From the sequence record MT533174.1: a stretch of 64,000 nt of DNA, one strand, 5' to 3'. Below, in pieces: positions 29,278-38,922 of this stretch. Position numbers and translations under genes: made by a program. The DNA comes from Escherichia phage CJ20. The notes under the pieces were generated by a model. The model searched no databases, had not been told where the DNA came from, and was given only the letters and a program-made list of their open reading frames with translations. Position 1 is the first letter of the stretch. The number at the start of each line of letters is the position of its first letter.

Positions 29278-29781
29278 ATGGATATGCAACTGATTTCAAA
29301 TGAAATGATTGTCAATGAATATGGTGACCGTCATGACGGAATTTATGTCTATAAAGGGACCAAGAAAATTGGTCTCATGACTGACTTGCGGAAAAAACTC
29401 GCCTCCAATAAAAAGTTGAAGGCGAAACAAAAAGAATATCGCGATAAAAAATCAGAAGAGCGGAAAGAAGCACTGCATGAATCTGTTCCTGAAATGGTTG
29501 ACTTCTTAAAGAACCATTTGGTTAAATATGATGCAGAAGTGTTCATCAATCAGACCCAACCTAATGTGCATATCAATGGATGTGTTTGTTATGTTGTGGT
29601 TGAACCCCTGACACTTCAACACCGCCTGGGAATTAAACACCCAGTGTTAACCCAGGATGATATGGCGGATGAAGTTGGTAATCAGTTCCGCATTTCAGCA
29701 TCTGACAGTACAAATCACATCCTCCTGAATGGTTTATCCCAGGATGATATTGTTGAGGTAATCATCAAGTTATGCAAATAA
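29278..29781 (+). CDS. hypothetical protein (167 aa)
   Basis: GAGGAAAATATT RBS + ATG; N-terminal third paralogous to ORF 29031. Confidence 0.5.
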   Translation: MDMQLISNEMIVNEYGDRHDGIYVYKGTKKIGLMTDLRKKLASNKKLKAKQKEYRDKKSEERKEALHESVPEMVDFLKNHLVKYDAEVFINQTQPNVHINGCVCYVVVEPLTLQHRLGIKHPVLTQDDMADEVGNQFRISASDSTNHILLNGLSQDDIVEVIIKLCK

Positions 29782-30125
29782 GTAATCTCACTGCAGGGCT
29801 TATGCTCGCCCTGATAGTAACTGCTGGTAGTGGTTTCTATCTAAAAGCAAAAGTGGATAATCTCAAGACAGCGGTGGCGGAAGTCACCAAAGTCGCAGAA
29901 GATAATGCGAAAAATCTGCAATCAGTAAAAGACCAGGTTAATCAAATTAATCTCCTTGACCAACAGCGCCAGGAATATGTTGAACTCCTGCAGAAGGAAA
30001 ATGATAAACTTCGCGCAGATGCAAAACGTGCTAAGGTTGTGGCTGCGAAGCCTAAATTAGTTGAAAAACAGATTAATCAGTCATTTGATAAGTTCGCCCA
30101 GGACTTCCAGGAGCTCACCAAATGA
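29772..30125 (+). CDS. putative i-spanin (Rz-like), 117 aa
   Basis: N-terminal TM helix then coiled-coil-like periplasmic region; directly precedes a lipoprotein ORF. Confidence 0.55.
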   Translation: MQISNLTAGLMLALIVTAGSGFYLKAKVDNLKTAVAEVTKVAEDNAKNLQSVKDQVNQINLLDQQRQEYVELLQKENDKLRADAKRAKVVAAKPKLVEKQINQSFDKFAQDFQELTK

Positions 30126-30412
30126 TGAAATCTATCATGGCAGTATGTTTGGCTATTGGACTCGTTTCATGCGCCCAGAAGCCCGTTGTGGAGCCCACAA
30201 TCCAAGTTCATCCTAATTGGCCTGTTGCATTGGCTGATTACAAACAGCAATGGGAAGTTAAGGTAATTGATGGTCAAGTCTGGGTTGGTATGCCTTTTGA
30301 AGCATCGCAAGAATTCAGGATTTGGATGAATGATGTAAAAAGGTATGTACATGACCAAAAAGGTATGTTATGTTATTATCGTTCTGAACTAAAAGAGGAA
30401 CGTTGCAAATGA
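30122..30412 (+). CDS. putative o-spanin (Rz1-like outer-membrane lipoprotein), 96 aa
   Basis: Signal peptide with lipobox LVSC; ATGA overlap with i-spanin; several Cys. Confidence 0.55.
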   Translation: MMKSIMAVCLAIGLVSCAQKPVVEPTIQVHPNWPVALADYKQQWEVKVIDGQVWVGMPFEASQEFRIWMNDVKRYVHDQKGMLCYYRSELKEERCK

Positions 30413-30516
30413 TTGAGTCTTGTATCGATGGGTCGGATGTCATTCTATTTGGCTTTACATGCTTTTGTTTTGGAATCGTGCTTAGCATGTGTATAAATGG
30501 TATTTTTGGAAAGTAG
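30409..30516 (+). CDS. small Cys-rich hydrophobic peptide (35 aa)
   Basis: ATGA overlap with o-spanin stop; may be non-coding. Confidence 0.2.
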   Translation: MIESCIDGSDVILFGFTCFCFGIVLSMCINGIFGK

Positions 30517-30545
30517 TTTACAAACTCTTGGGAGCAGAGTATAAT
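30516..30545 (+). promoter_or_regulatory. T4-type early promoter (GTTTACA-N17-TATAAT) with -10 inside GGAGCA/TGCTCC hairpin
   Basis: Consensus elements and 17 bp spacer; same loop sequence GAGTATAA as promoter at 597. Confidence 0.6.
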
Positions 30546-30573
30546 GCTCCTACGGATTATAAAATTTGAGGAA

Positions 30574-31058
30574 ATGACTATGACATTACGTGATAACAGT
30601 TTTGTGGCTAAGCCTGAATACATTTCAGGTGTTAAATCCCCTGCATTACAAAAGCTCTTAAAATTAGGGTCCTGTGCAAGTACACCAATTGAAAAGAAGG
30701 CAACTTTTGATTTTGCTTGGGCTATGGTGGACGGTATTGATGTAGTAAGACAGGTAACTTTTTATGCTCCGGGCGCTATTAAGCCTTCGCAAATTATTAA
30801 TCTGGATGGAAGTAATTATATTACTATTCAGCATTGGTATCGTATGATGCGACCTGTTTGGGAATACCCGGAATTTATTGAAGAATACAATGAAAAAGAA
30901 CGTATTCGTGAGCTAGTAAAAAGTTTTGAATACGCGGCTAAACGCCATGGTCAAATGCAATCTGCCGCTGCACTTGGTGATGTTTCTGAAAGTGCAGCTT
31001 ATGAAACTGGTAAAATCCTTAAAACCTGTCGCGAAGAACTTTATAAGGAGCTTGGCGT

Positions 31059-31062
<4 letters not shown>
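30574..31062 (+). CDS. hypothetical protein (162 aa); position compatible with Alc
   Basis: ATG after GAGGAAATGACT RBS; placement before pseT resembles T4 alc; no diagnostic motif. Confidence 0.4.
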
Positions 31063-32280
<1,218 letters not shown>

Positions 32281-32281
<1 letters not shown>

Positions 32282-32478
32282 TGAATAATATCGAAAAGAT
32301 TTTTCGTACAATCGAAGAAATTGAAAAACGTAAATGCTTTTTCTTCGGAGTATGGCCTTTAACTGATGGACGTATTGGCCTGGATGTTATGGACTATAAA
32401 GATGAAGACAAGGTCGATGGTGGTATTTTTAAATCCGCTCCAGAACTCTTAGCCTTCTTGGAAGAACATTATGTATAA
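32281..32478 (+). CDS. hypothetical protein (65 aa)
   Basis: ATGA overlap with pseT. Confidence 0.45.
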
Positions 32479-32686
32479 CAAACACCATGAAGTTGAAGAA
32501 GAAGCTTATAAAGAGCTTCAGAAACTGGTAGGGCAGAATATGTCTCCTGCTCTTATCAACAACCTGGCTGCACTGCGCAATGATATCAACGAACGATACA
32601 AGGGCGAATATTATGTTGAATTCGTTCCGCTGACTGAAGTCATTGACCGATTTATCGTTAATGTCAAGGTGCATACCGTCCATTAA
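32471..32686 (+). CDS. hypothetical protein (71 aa)
   Basis: Overlapping start with previous ORF. Confidence 0.45.
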   Translation: MYNKHHEVEEEAYKELQKLVGQNMSPALINNLAALRNDINERYKGEYYVEFVPLTEVIDRFIVNVKVHTVH

Positions 32687-32711
32687 CGCTTTAAAAATTT
32701 TATGTTATAAT
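32685..32711 (+). promoter_or_regulatory. middle promoter (MotA-box-like AACGCTTTA, 12 bp spacer, -10 TATAAT) followed by GGGGTCTAGGTCC palindrome
   Basis: Same architecture as promoters at 51303 and 56051. Confidence 0.45.
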
Positions 32712-32757
32712 GGGGTCTAGGTCCTTTGGATACCCCAATAACTAAGCGAGAAAAGAA

Positions 32758-33036
32758 ATGTTTCCTACATATTCTGAAATTGTTAAAGTAGTTTTTAGTC
32801 AGATTGTATCTGATTATCTATACGAAAGCGTCGACGTGTCGACTGAACTAAAGGTGCATGGTCGTTTGTCTGCTATTCTGGAAATCATGTTCCCGGATGC
32901 AGTTGATGCAATCACTGTTCAACTCACGCCTGGCGCAGCATTTGCAATTGTTCCATTTAAAATTGATAACCACATTTTGGCTATTTCATGCAAAATGGAC
33001 TTCCAGAAACAAACGGTAGTTGTCGAAGCAATTTAA
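32758..33036 (+). CDS. hypothetical protein (92 aa)
   Basis: RBS + ATG downstream of middle-type promoter. Confidence 0.5.
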   Translation: MFPTYSEIVKVVFSQIVSDYLYESVDVSTELKVHGRLSAILEIMFPDAVDAITVQLTPGAAFAIVPFKIDNHILAISCKMDFQKQTVVVEAI

Positions 33037-33096
33037 GTGTTTACTTTCACCACGGATGGTGTATAATGAATTTCATCAACACATGAGGAAAACAAA

Positions 33097-33639
33097 ATGA
33101 GTAATTTCTTTGAAGAAGGAAAGTTTTACAAGTTCGCATCTGAAAATGCCAAAAAACAGTTTATTGCCGGAGGCTGGGCAGCTAATTACCAAATTGCCAA
33201 ATACATCGGTATGACTCCGTTTGAAGTGAAAATTGTACCTGATACCGCGAGCGGTGGAAGAAAAGTTTGTGAGATTCGTTTGATTGATGAAAAGAATTTT
33301 GTGGATTTGGCAAAAATATCTGGTGCACAGAACAGGCATCATGGAGCAATGTTTGTTTCTGCTGGTCCATTGTCTGATGAATTTGATTATTTCATCCAAG
33401 CGGAAGTTGGTGTTAAGCCAGAAGTTGAACCTGTGCCAGTGAAACTTGCATCAGTTTGGAAATTGCTTGTGGTTAAAAATGGCAAGATTGAGATTAACTC
33501 TCGTCATGTGTCAAAAGAATATGCGGAAGGCGAAGCAGAGCGTCTGTTAAACCGTGGTACTGTTGAAGATTGCTATATTATCAAAGGCGATATCACAAAA
33601 GCTTCTATCATTAAACAAGTAAAACAGGAGACAATCTGA
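33097..33639 (+). CDS. hypothetical protein (180 aa), paralogue of ORF 20834
   Basis: GAGGAAAACAAA RBS; N-terminal GKFY...AKKQFIAGG motif shared with ORF 20834. Confidence 0.5.
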   Translation: MSNFFEEGKFYKFASENAKKQFIAGGWAANYQIAKYIGMTPFEVKIVPDTASGGRKVCEIRLIDEKNFVDLAKISGAQNRHHGAMFVSAGPLSDEFDYFIQAEVGVKPEVEPVPVKLASVWKLLVVKNGKIEINSRHVSKEYAEGEAERLLNRGTVEDCYIIKGDITKASIIKQVKQETI

Positions 33640-33884
33640 TGCTTAGCGAAACCCCAATTACTGTTGAAGAGTTCCACGAAAAAGTGAAGGCATTTGCTCA
33701 AGCGATGATTAATCGCGTATCAGAGCGATTCCCTGCTGCGACTTTGCAAGTTATTCAGGAATCTGCACGCAGTTTTATGATTGTCATTAATCCGAAAATT
33801 ACTCTAAAAGGTGGTGACCAATTGACCCAACTGAAATTGGGTTCTGACGGTCTGGTTGAAGCGCAGCGAGTGTATATTCAATGA
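33639..33884 (+). CDS. hypothetical protein (81 aa)
   Basis: ATGA overlap with neighbours. Confidence 0.45.
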   Translation: MLSETPITVEEFHEKVKAFAQAMINRVSERFPAATLQVIQESARSFMIVINPKITLKGGDQLTQLKLGSDGLVEAQRVYIQ

Positions 33885-34216
33885 TGAATTTAATGGATAT
33901 TTTCAAAGAAGCACTTAAAAATGATTTAGGTGACCATCGTAAGTTGGACCCAGAAACAACTGCATTTATCAAAGTAACGCTTGCAAATGATGCTCTGTTT
34001 AAAAGTATTCACCCAAGTAATTATGATGCGGTTGTTATTACAGAAGCTCCTGTAGAAATTGGTGAGCGAATGTTTGGGGTGATTTTTGGCGATAAGAAAA
34101 AACGCTTCAGCGACGGTGATAGTATAATTACAACACATGTTAAGAGCATTACTAAATTGCGACATGAATTATATCGTGTTGAAACTATTAAAACCAATTA
34201 TCTCGTGGTGATGTAA
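33881..34216 (+). CDS. hypothetical protein (111 aa)
   Basis: ATGA overlap with neighbours. Confidence 0.45.
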   Translation: MMNLMDIFKEALKNDLGDHRKLDPETTAFIKVTLANDALFKSIHPSNYDAVVITEAPVEIGERMFGVIFGDKKKRFSDGDSIITTHVKSITKLRHELYRVETIKTNYLVVM

Positions 34217-34798
34217 ATGAAACCAACTACTGTTCTGCAAATCGCATACCTTGTATCTCAAGAATCAAAATGTTGCTCCTGGAAAGTGGGAGCTGTTATT
34301 GAAAAGAATGGCCGCATTATTTCTACAGGGTATAATGGTTCCCCTGCAGGTGGGGTTAACTGTTGCGAGCATGCGGAAGAGCAAGGTTGGTTACTGAATA
34401 AACCTAAACCTGTTCTCGTCCCTGGACATAAGCCAGAATGCGTGAGATTCGGTCAGGTTGACCGTTTTGTATTGGCGAAAGCTCATCGCGAAGAACATTC
34501 TGCATGGTCAAAGAACAACGAAATTCATGCCGAGCTTAATGCGATTCTGTTTGCAGCCAGAATGGGTTCATCAATTGAAGGCGCTACTATGTATGTGACG
34601 CTTTCTCCTTGCCCTGATTGTGCAAAGGCAATTTCTCAATCAGGAATCAAGAAATTGGTTTACTGTGAAACGTATGATAAGAATATTCCTGGTTGGGATG
34701 ATATCCTGAAGAATGCAGGAATTGAAGTGTTCAATGTGCCTAAGCGTAGTCTAGACAAATTGAACTGGGAAAACATTAACGAATTTTGTGGTGAATAA
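34217..34798 (+). CDS. cd: dCMP deaminase (193 aa)
   Basis: Zinc-site HAELNAI and PCxxC motifs; length equals T4 Cd. Confidence 0.8.
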   Translation: MKPTTVLQIAYLVSQESKCCSWKVGAVIEKNGRIISTGYNGSPAGGVNCCEHAEEQGWLLNKPKPVLVPGHKPECVRFGQVDRFVLAKAHREEHSAWSKNNEIHAELNAILFAARMGSSIEGATMYVTLSPCPDCAKAISQSGIKKLVYCETYDKNIPGWDDILKNAGIEVFNVPKRSLDKLNWENINEFCGE

Positions 34799-35031
34799 TG
34801 AAATTTCGTCTAGTTAAATTTTCAGGGCTAAACTCAAAAGGCGAAAGCTTAGTAGCCTATTCAGTAGAATACAAAAAGTACTTTTTCTCTCGCTGGAAAT
34901 CGTACTATAAATCCGAGTGGGTTCGCGCCGAAACGAACTATAAAACGGTGCCTATTCTTGAAAATTGTCACCATCTATTGCGTGCTCTAAAAGAGCGTAA
35001 TGCAACCACTATTAAAACTGTTTTGGAATAA
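34798..35031 (+). CDS. hypothetical protein (77 aa)
   Basis: Start overlaps cd stop. Confidence 0.45.
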   Translation: MKFRLVKFSGLNSKGESLVAYSVEYKKYFFSRWKSYYKSEWVRAETNYKTVPILENCHHLLRALKERNATTIKTVLE

Positions 35032-35033
35032 TT

Positions 35034-35333
35034 ATGATTTTAACTGAACAAGAAACAATTCGTCTTCGTGAAAAAGTCAAGACTATCTTGTCTGTTGGCT
35101 TTCATGAAGTTCTGTTTGAAAAAGCAGATGGCAGCGTTCGTCGTATGACTTGTACTCGCGACCTGGACCTGCTTCCATATAAAGAAATCCAGACCCCTGG
35201 ACCAGAAGCTCATAAAGAACCAGTTAGCTATATCCGGGTATTTGATACCAAGCTTAATGAATGGCGTTCATTCTGTTTCAATAAATTGATTTCCGTGAAT
35301 GGGCTACAGACCGAGACTCTGCTTGTCCTTTAA
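35034..35333 (+). CDS. hypothetical protein (99 aa)
   Basis: Compact spacing after previous ORF. Confidence 0.45.
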   Translation: MILTEQETIRLREKVKTILSVGFHEVLFEKADGSVRRMTCTRDLDLLPYKEIQTPGPEAHKEPVSYIRVFDTKLNEWRSFCFNKLISVNGLQTETLLVL

Positions 35334-35364
35334 TGCTTCAAACGGTGCGTGTTATTATTAATAC

Positions 35365-35712
35365 ATGACCAAACAACATGGATTAAATATGGAATTACCA
35401 ATTAAAGCAGTAGGTGAATATATTATTTTGGTTTCTGAGCCAAAGCAAGCTGGTGATGAAGAAACTACGGCATCAGGTATCGTTATCGGAAAACTCCATC
35501 AGGGTGAAATCCCAGAGATGTGTGAAGTATTTTCGGTTGGTCCAGATGTTCCTGAAGGTTTCTGTGAAGTAGGTGATTTGACTCCTCTTCCGGTTGGCAA
35601 GATTGCAAACGTTCCACATCCTCTGGTTGCTCTGGGACTTAAGCAGGCTAAAGAAGTTAAGCAGAAATTTGTGACCTGCCATTATAAAGCTGTTCCTTGT
35701 CTTTATAAGTAA
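35365..35712 (+). CDS. 31: co-chaperonin gp31 (GroES analogue), about 111-115 aa
   Basis: Close match to recalled T4 gp31 (AVGEYxILVSEP, [25 protein letters not shown](V/I)PCLYK); alternative start at 35389. Confidence 0.8.
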   Translation: MTKQHGLNMELPIKAVGEYIILVSEPKQAGDEETTASGIVIGKLHQGEIPEMCEVFSVGPDVPEGFCEVGDLTPLPVGKIANVPHPLVALGLKQAKEVKQKFVTCHYKAVPCLYK

Positions 35713-35883
35713 AATTAGCGTTATAAATAATAATATGGATTGGTTGATGTCATACAGAGCTTTGCTGGTGTATGGGGTTAGCTAATCCTAAACGGTGGAC
35801 TACAACTGAGAGACTTGCCGCAAGGAAGTGAAATTCAGAAGAACGTGTCCACCAAATATTCACCTCATATTGAGGCTTCTAAA

Positions 35884-36138
35884 ATGTCTTTAAACAAACA
35901 ATTACAACACGCTCTCGAACTGCAACGCACTGCATGGAATAACGGTCACGAAAACTACGGCGCATCTATTGATGTTGAAGCCGAAGCACTGGAAATTCTG
36001 CAGTATTTCAAACATCTTAACCCGGTTCAAACCGACCTTCGCGCAGTGCTCGAAGCAAAAGATGAACTGAAATTTGCTAAGCCGCTGGCATCTGCTGCCC
36101 GTAAAGCTGTTCGCCATTTTGTCGTAACCCTGAAGTAA
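35884..36138 (+). CDS. rIII: rIII-like lysis-inhibition accessory protein (84 aa)
   Basis: C-terminal FAKPLxSAARKAVRHFVVTLK and EALEILQYFKHLNP resemble recalled T4 rIII; position after gene 31. Confidence 0.5.
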   Translation: MSLNKQLQHALELQRTAWNNGHENYGASIDVEAEALEILQYFKHLNPVQTDLRAVLEAKDELKFAKPLASAARKAVRHFVVTLK

Positions 36139-36200
36139 GCTGTAGGTGATTCGCTACCTTAGTGCGGCTAGAAAATCGAGGAGCCGTCGAACTGCCTGAT

Positions 36201-36220
36201 TAATGATTCGCGAATCATTA
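36201..36220. repeat. perfect 20 bp palindrome TAATGATTCG/CGAATCATTA
   Basis: Exact inverted repeat inside an ORF-free GC-rich intergenic region. Confidence 0.9.
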
Positions 36221-36434
36221 TAGTTTTAAGACCCCAGCAGTTTTACGGTGTACCTCTTGAATGTATTTTGTACTATCACGCGTCAGAAAAAGGTTATCTG
36301 TCTAAGCCGTGGTTGGTATGATGACGAGGTTTATGGTTATCCTGTCGTTAAATATCCGAAACCTAATGTTCCCTTCGAGGGCTTGCGCAGGCAACGTCAA
36401 TAAGTCCTGCATTCTATTTTAAAGAGAATTTAAT

Positions 36435-36596
36435 ATGGCTAAGAAAGAAGTTAAAGTTGTTGATGGCTCCTCCAAACGCGCTGGTTACAAGCGTGCGTCC
36501 AACAAGCGAATCAATCAGGTAACTGATAAACTTCAGGCTCGTGCTCGTGCGGTATTGCGTGCCGATGCAGCTTGCTTTGGTAAGCCGAAAGCATAA
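36435..36596 (+). CDS. small basic protein (53 aa), Lys/Arg-rich
   Basis: ATG-initiated ORF followed directly by a strong terminator; may be non-coding. Confidence 0.3.
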   Translation: MAKKEVKVVDGSSKRAGYKRASNKRINQVTDKLQARARAVLRADAACFGKPKA

Positions 36597-36601
36597 GTTC
36601 A

Positions 36602-36629
36602 GGGACTCTTCGGAGTCCCTTTTTTATTT
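36602..36629 (+). terminator. rho-independent terminator (GGGACUC-UUCG-GAGUCCC + U-run)
   Basis: GC hairpin with UUCG loop and T-run. Confidence 0.75.
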
Positions 36630-36640
36630 TCCATAAAGGG

Positions 36641-36670
36641 GTTTACAACAGGGTTTGACCAGTGCATAAT
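36641..36670 (+). promoter_or_regulatory. T4-type early promoter (GTTTACA-N17-CATAAT) with conserved leader
   Basis: Cassette GTTTACA...CATAATGATTCCATACTGAGTTAC. Confidence 0.6.
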
Positions 36671-36711
36671 GATTCCATACTGAGTTACACAATAAAACAC
36701 TGGAGAATAAA

Positions 36712-37080
36712 ATGAAAATCAATCTTAACTCATACATCAAAGGTAAAGACCACGACGGTTACAAAGCCATTGAAACTAAAGAAATGCAATGGCACTTGTA
36801 TAAAGAACAGTTTGAATTCGTTTCTTGTATGACTCCAGAAGGTCCTTCTGATGACTTCTCCTGGAAAATTATGGTAACAAACTTTTTTACTGGTGATACC
36901 TACGAACTGAAAACTTTGATTCTTGGCAAGATTCGTTGTAAGACCTATGAAGATGAAGAAACTGGTTATTCTGAAGATGTTACATGGTATCAAAATGGTC
37001 GCACCACTGCTGATGATTTGATTGAAAAAATGAAAGCTAAGGGTGAATTAAATTTAGATAATTGGATTAAAGTCGCATAA
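36712..37080 (+). CDS. hypothetical protein (122 aa)
   Basis: GGAGAATAAA RBS + ATG after early promoter. Confidence 0.5.
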   Translation: MKINLNSYIKGKDHDGYKAIETKEMQWHLYKEQFEFVSCMTPEGPSDDFSWKIMVTNFFTGDTYELKTLILGKIRCKTYEDEETGYSEDVTWYQNGRTTADDLIEKMKAKGELNLDNWIKVA

Positions 37081-37151
37081 AACAGTTTACTTTGGTACAG
37101 GTTATGATATTATAGACCTGTACCAACAAATGAAAACAACTGGAGAATAAA

Positions 37152-37517
37152 ATGAACTACATCAACTTTGAACGCAAATATGTTTCTAACTGCATCCCAG
37201 GTTCTTCTGAAGTTATTTGCCTGTGGAAACATAAAAATGGTTCAGTGTGCGAAATTGAACAGTATATGACTCCTAACTACGTTTATATGCGATTTGAAAA
37301 TGGTATCACTCTTTCAATCACTATGACCGGTTCAACCTTTAAAATTGCTTTAGATGATGATTTCCGTGAACGTGATTTAGGGACTCATCCTTGCTGGAAT
37401 GGTGTTAATCGCAAGCCGTTGGTTAAAACTTGGATTCGTCATATCCTGGGTAACAAAGCAAAACCTGAACACCTGGAAGCAATCTTTGATGTAGTTCTTA
37501 ATGAATTTGATATCTAA
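37152..37517 (+). CDS. hypothetical protein (121 aa)
   Basis: GGAGAATAAA RBS + ATG; own early-type promoter upstream (GTTTACT 37085-37091). Confidence 0.5.
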   Translation: MNYINFERKYVSNCIPGSSEVICLWKHKNGSVCEIEQYMTPNYVYMRFENGITLSITMTGSTFKIALDDDFRERDLGTHPCWNGVNRKPLVKTWIRHILGNKAKPEHLEAIFDVVLNEFDI

Positions 37518-37553
37518 TCTTAAACGGGGCGAAAGCCCCTTGAGGAAAATACT

Positions 37554-37841
37554 ATGTTTATGACTACTTACTTTGATACACGTAAAAATTTCTGTGAAGT
37601 TGTCTTTTCTAAAGCAAGCCCAGGCGTACCTGCTGATAAGCAACCAACTAAAGAATCCATTAAAAACTATGCGGATATAGTTTGCCCAGTTGAATTCAGG
37701 ACTGTTAATGGACGTGATACTCTGGCAATCACCAAGCTTAGCCGCGACATTGATATTGACCCAATTGCAGCACGTGAAGTCAATTCGTCTGATATTAATG
37801 GCGGTAATGTTAAATCACACGGTTTCCAGATGAGGTTCTAA
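37554..37841 (+). CDS. hypothetical protein (95 aa)
   Basis: GAGGAAAATACT RBS + ATG immediately after a GNRA-loop hairpin. Confidence 0.45.
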   Translation: MFMTTYFDTRKNFCEVVFSKASPGVPADKQPTKESIKNYADIVCPVEFRTVNGRDTLAITKLSRDIDIDPIAAREVNSSDINGGNVKSHGFQMRF

Positions 37842-38035
37842 TGAAACTATTTCTATCGCAAACCGTCCAGTTAAAAGGCGTAGGTATTCCTGGAATGATT
37901 TCTAAGGTCTTGCCTGCTTTTCAATTAGGCAATATTTCCATTAAAGAAGCATATGCAGTCCTGTGGGTTGACGGAACAGAAGACGTTCGCATGGGTGGTG
38001 AGTTGTCTGTAATCAAATGTTTAAAGCGAGGATAA
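37841..38035 (+). CDS. hypothetical protein (64 aa)
   Basis: Overlapping start/stop with previous ORF. Confidence 0.4.
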   Translation: MKLFLSQTVQLKGVGIPGMISKVLPAFQLGNISIKEAYAVLWVDGTEDVRMGGELSVIKCLKRG

Positions 38036-38036
38036 T

Positions 38037-38249
38037 ATGTTTAAGAAACTGATTCAGAAAATTTTGGGAACAGAAATGGTTGAAGTTACTTATCGCGTAA
38101 CTGACGTGAGTCCATGGGCCCGAAATATTGAACCATATACTAAAACAATTAAAATGCTGAAATCTGACGGTGGATTATCTATTAAAGACCGTCTACCTGG
38201 TTATGGTCATTGGGCTGATGTAGATATTATCAGCGTCAAAGATATTTAA
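38037..38249 (+). CDS. hypothetical protein (70 aa), tandem paralogue 1
   Basis: Shares EMVEVTYRVxD...SIKxRLPxxGxWxxxxIISVKD with next ORF. Confidence 0.45.
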   Translation: MFKKLIQKILGTEMVEVTYRVTDVSPWARNIEPYTKTIKMLKSDGGLSIKDRLPGYGHWADVDIISVKDI

Positions 38250-38258
38250 GGAACCTTC

Positions 38259-38471
38259 ATGATTAAGAAATTATTTAAAAAGCTGTTTGGCTTGGAAATG
38301 GTTGAAGTTACTTATCGTGTTATTGATTTATCACCTCCATATGCTTGTGATGAAGATGCTATTAAGACTGTTGTAATGCGAAAAACATATCGCGGGCGGT
38401 CAATTAAATCCAGATTACCGGACCACGGTATGTGGTATGCAACCAAGATTATCAGTGTCAAAGATGTCTGA
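38259..38471 (+). CDS. hypothetical protein (70 aa), tandem paralogue 2
   Basis: Same length and conserved motif blocks as ORF 38037. Confidence 0.45.
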   Translation: MIKKLFKKLFGLEMVEVTYRVIDLSPPYACDEDAIKTVVMRKTYRGRSIKSRLPDHGMWYATKIISVKDV

Positions 38472-38922
38472 GTTAGAAATCAGAAGCAATTTCCCATGGC
38501 CGTCATGTGCATTAAGTAACTTTGCTAAACGGCCTTTTGTTATGGAGGGCATCCAGTTTGGGGGTCTTGAAGGCTTCCTTCAAGGGTGTAAGGTGAAAAA
38601 TCATGAACAACAAAAACGTATATTTGGGATGTCCGGCTTGGCCGCCCAGCAAAGTGGAAGAGCTTATGCAAGAGCTGCGGACCGTGGGACGCTTTTCTGG
38701 CTTGGAATTCCCTTTTCAAGATACTCTGCAGCATGGAAAGAGTTGTATACAAATGCATATTTTGAAGCAGCGCTCCAAAACAGAGGGTTTCGCGATGCGT
38801 TACAATCCACAAAAGGCAAAGTTTTAAAGCATTCGATGGCGAGCCACCTTACTGTTCATGATACAATATTGACTGAACAAGAATTTATTGACATACTTAA
38901 CCAATTGAGAGATGCATTATGA
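38464..38922 (+). CDS. NADAR (YbiA/DUF1768)-like domain protein (152 aa)
   Basis: N-terminal LSNFA...P...EG..F...EGFLQGCK pattern resembles the NADAR/YbiA signature; motif-level only. Confidence 0.45.
   Translation: MSELEIRSNFPWPSCALSNFAKRPFVMEGIQFGGLEGFLQGCKVKNHEQQKRIFGMSGLAAQQSGRAYARAADRGTLFWLGIPFSRYSAAWKELYTNAYFEAALQNRGFRDALQSTKGKVLKHSMASHLTVHDTILTEQEFIDILNQLRDAL

Noticed and set aside
36139-36434. tRNA gene in the GC-rich intergenic region
   Set aside because: I could not find a cloverleaf by eye (no GTTC-type T-arm or acceptor-stem complement), so I report it as a possible structured RNA rather than a tRNA.
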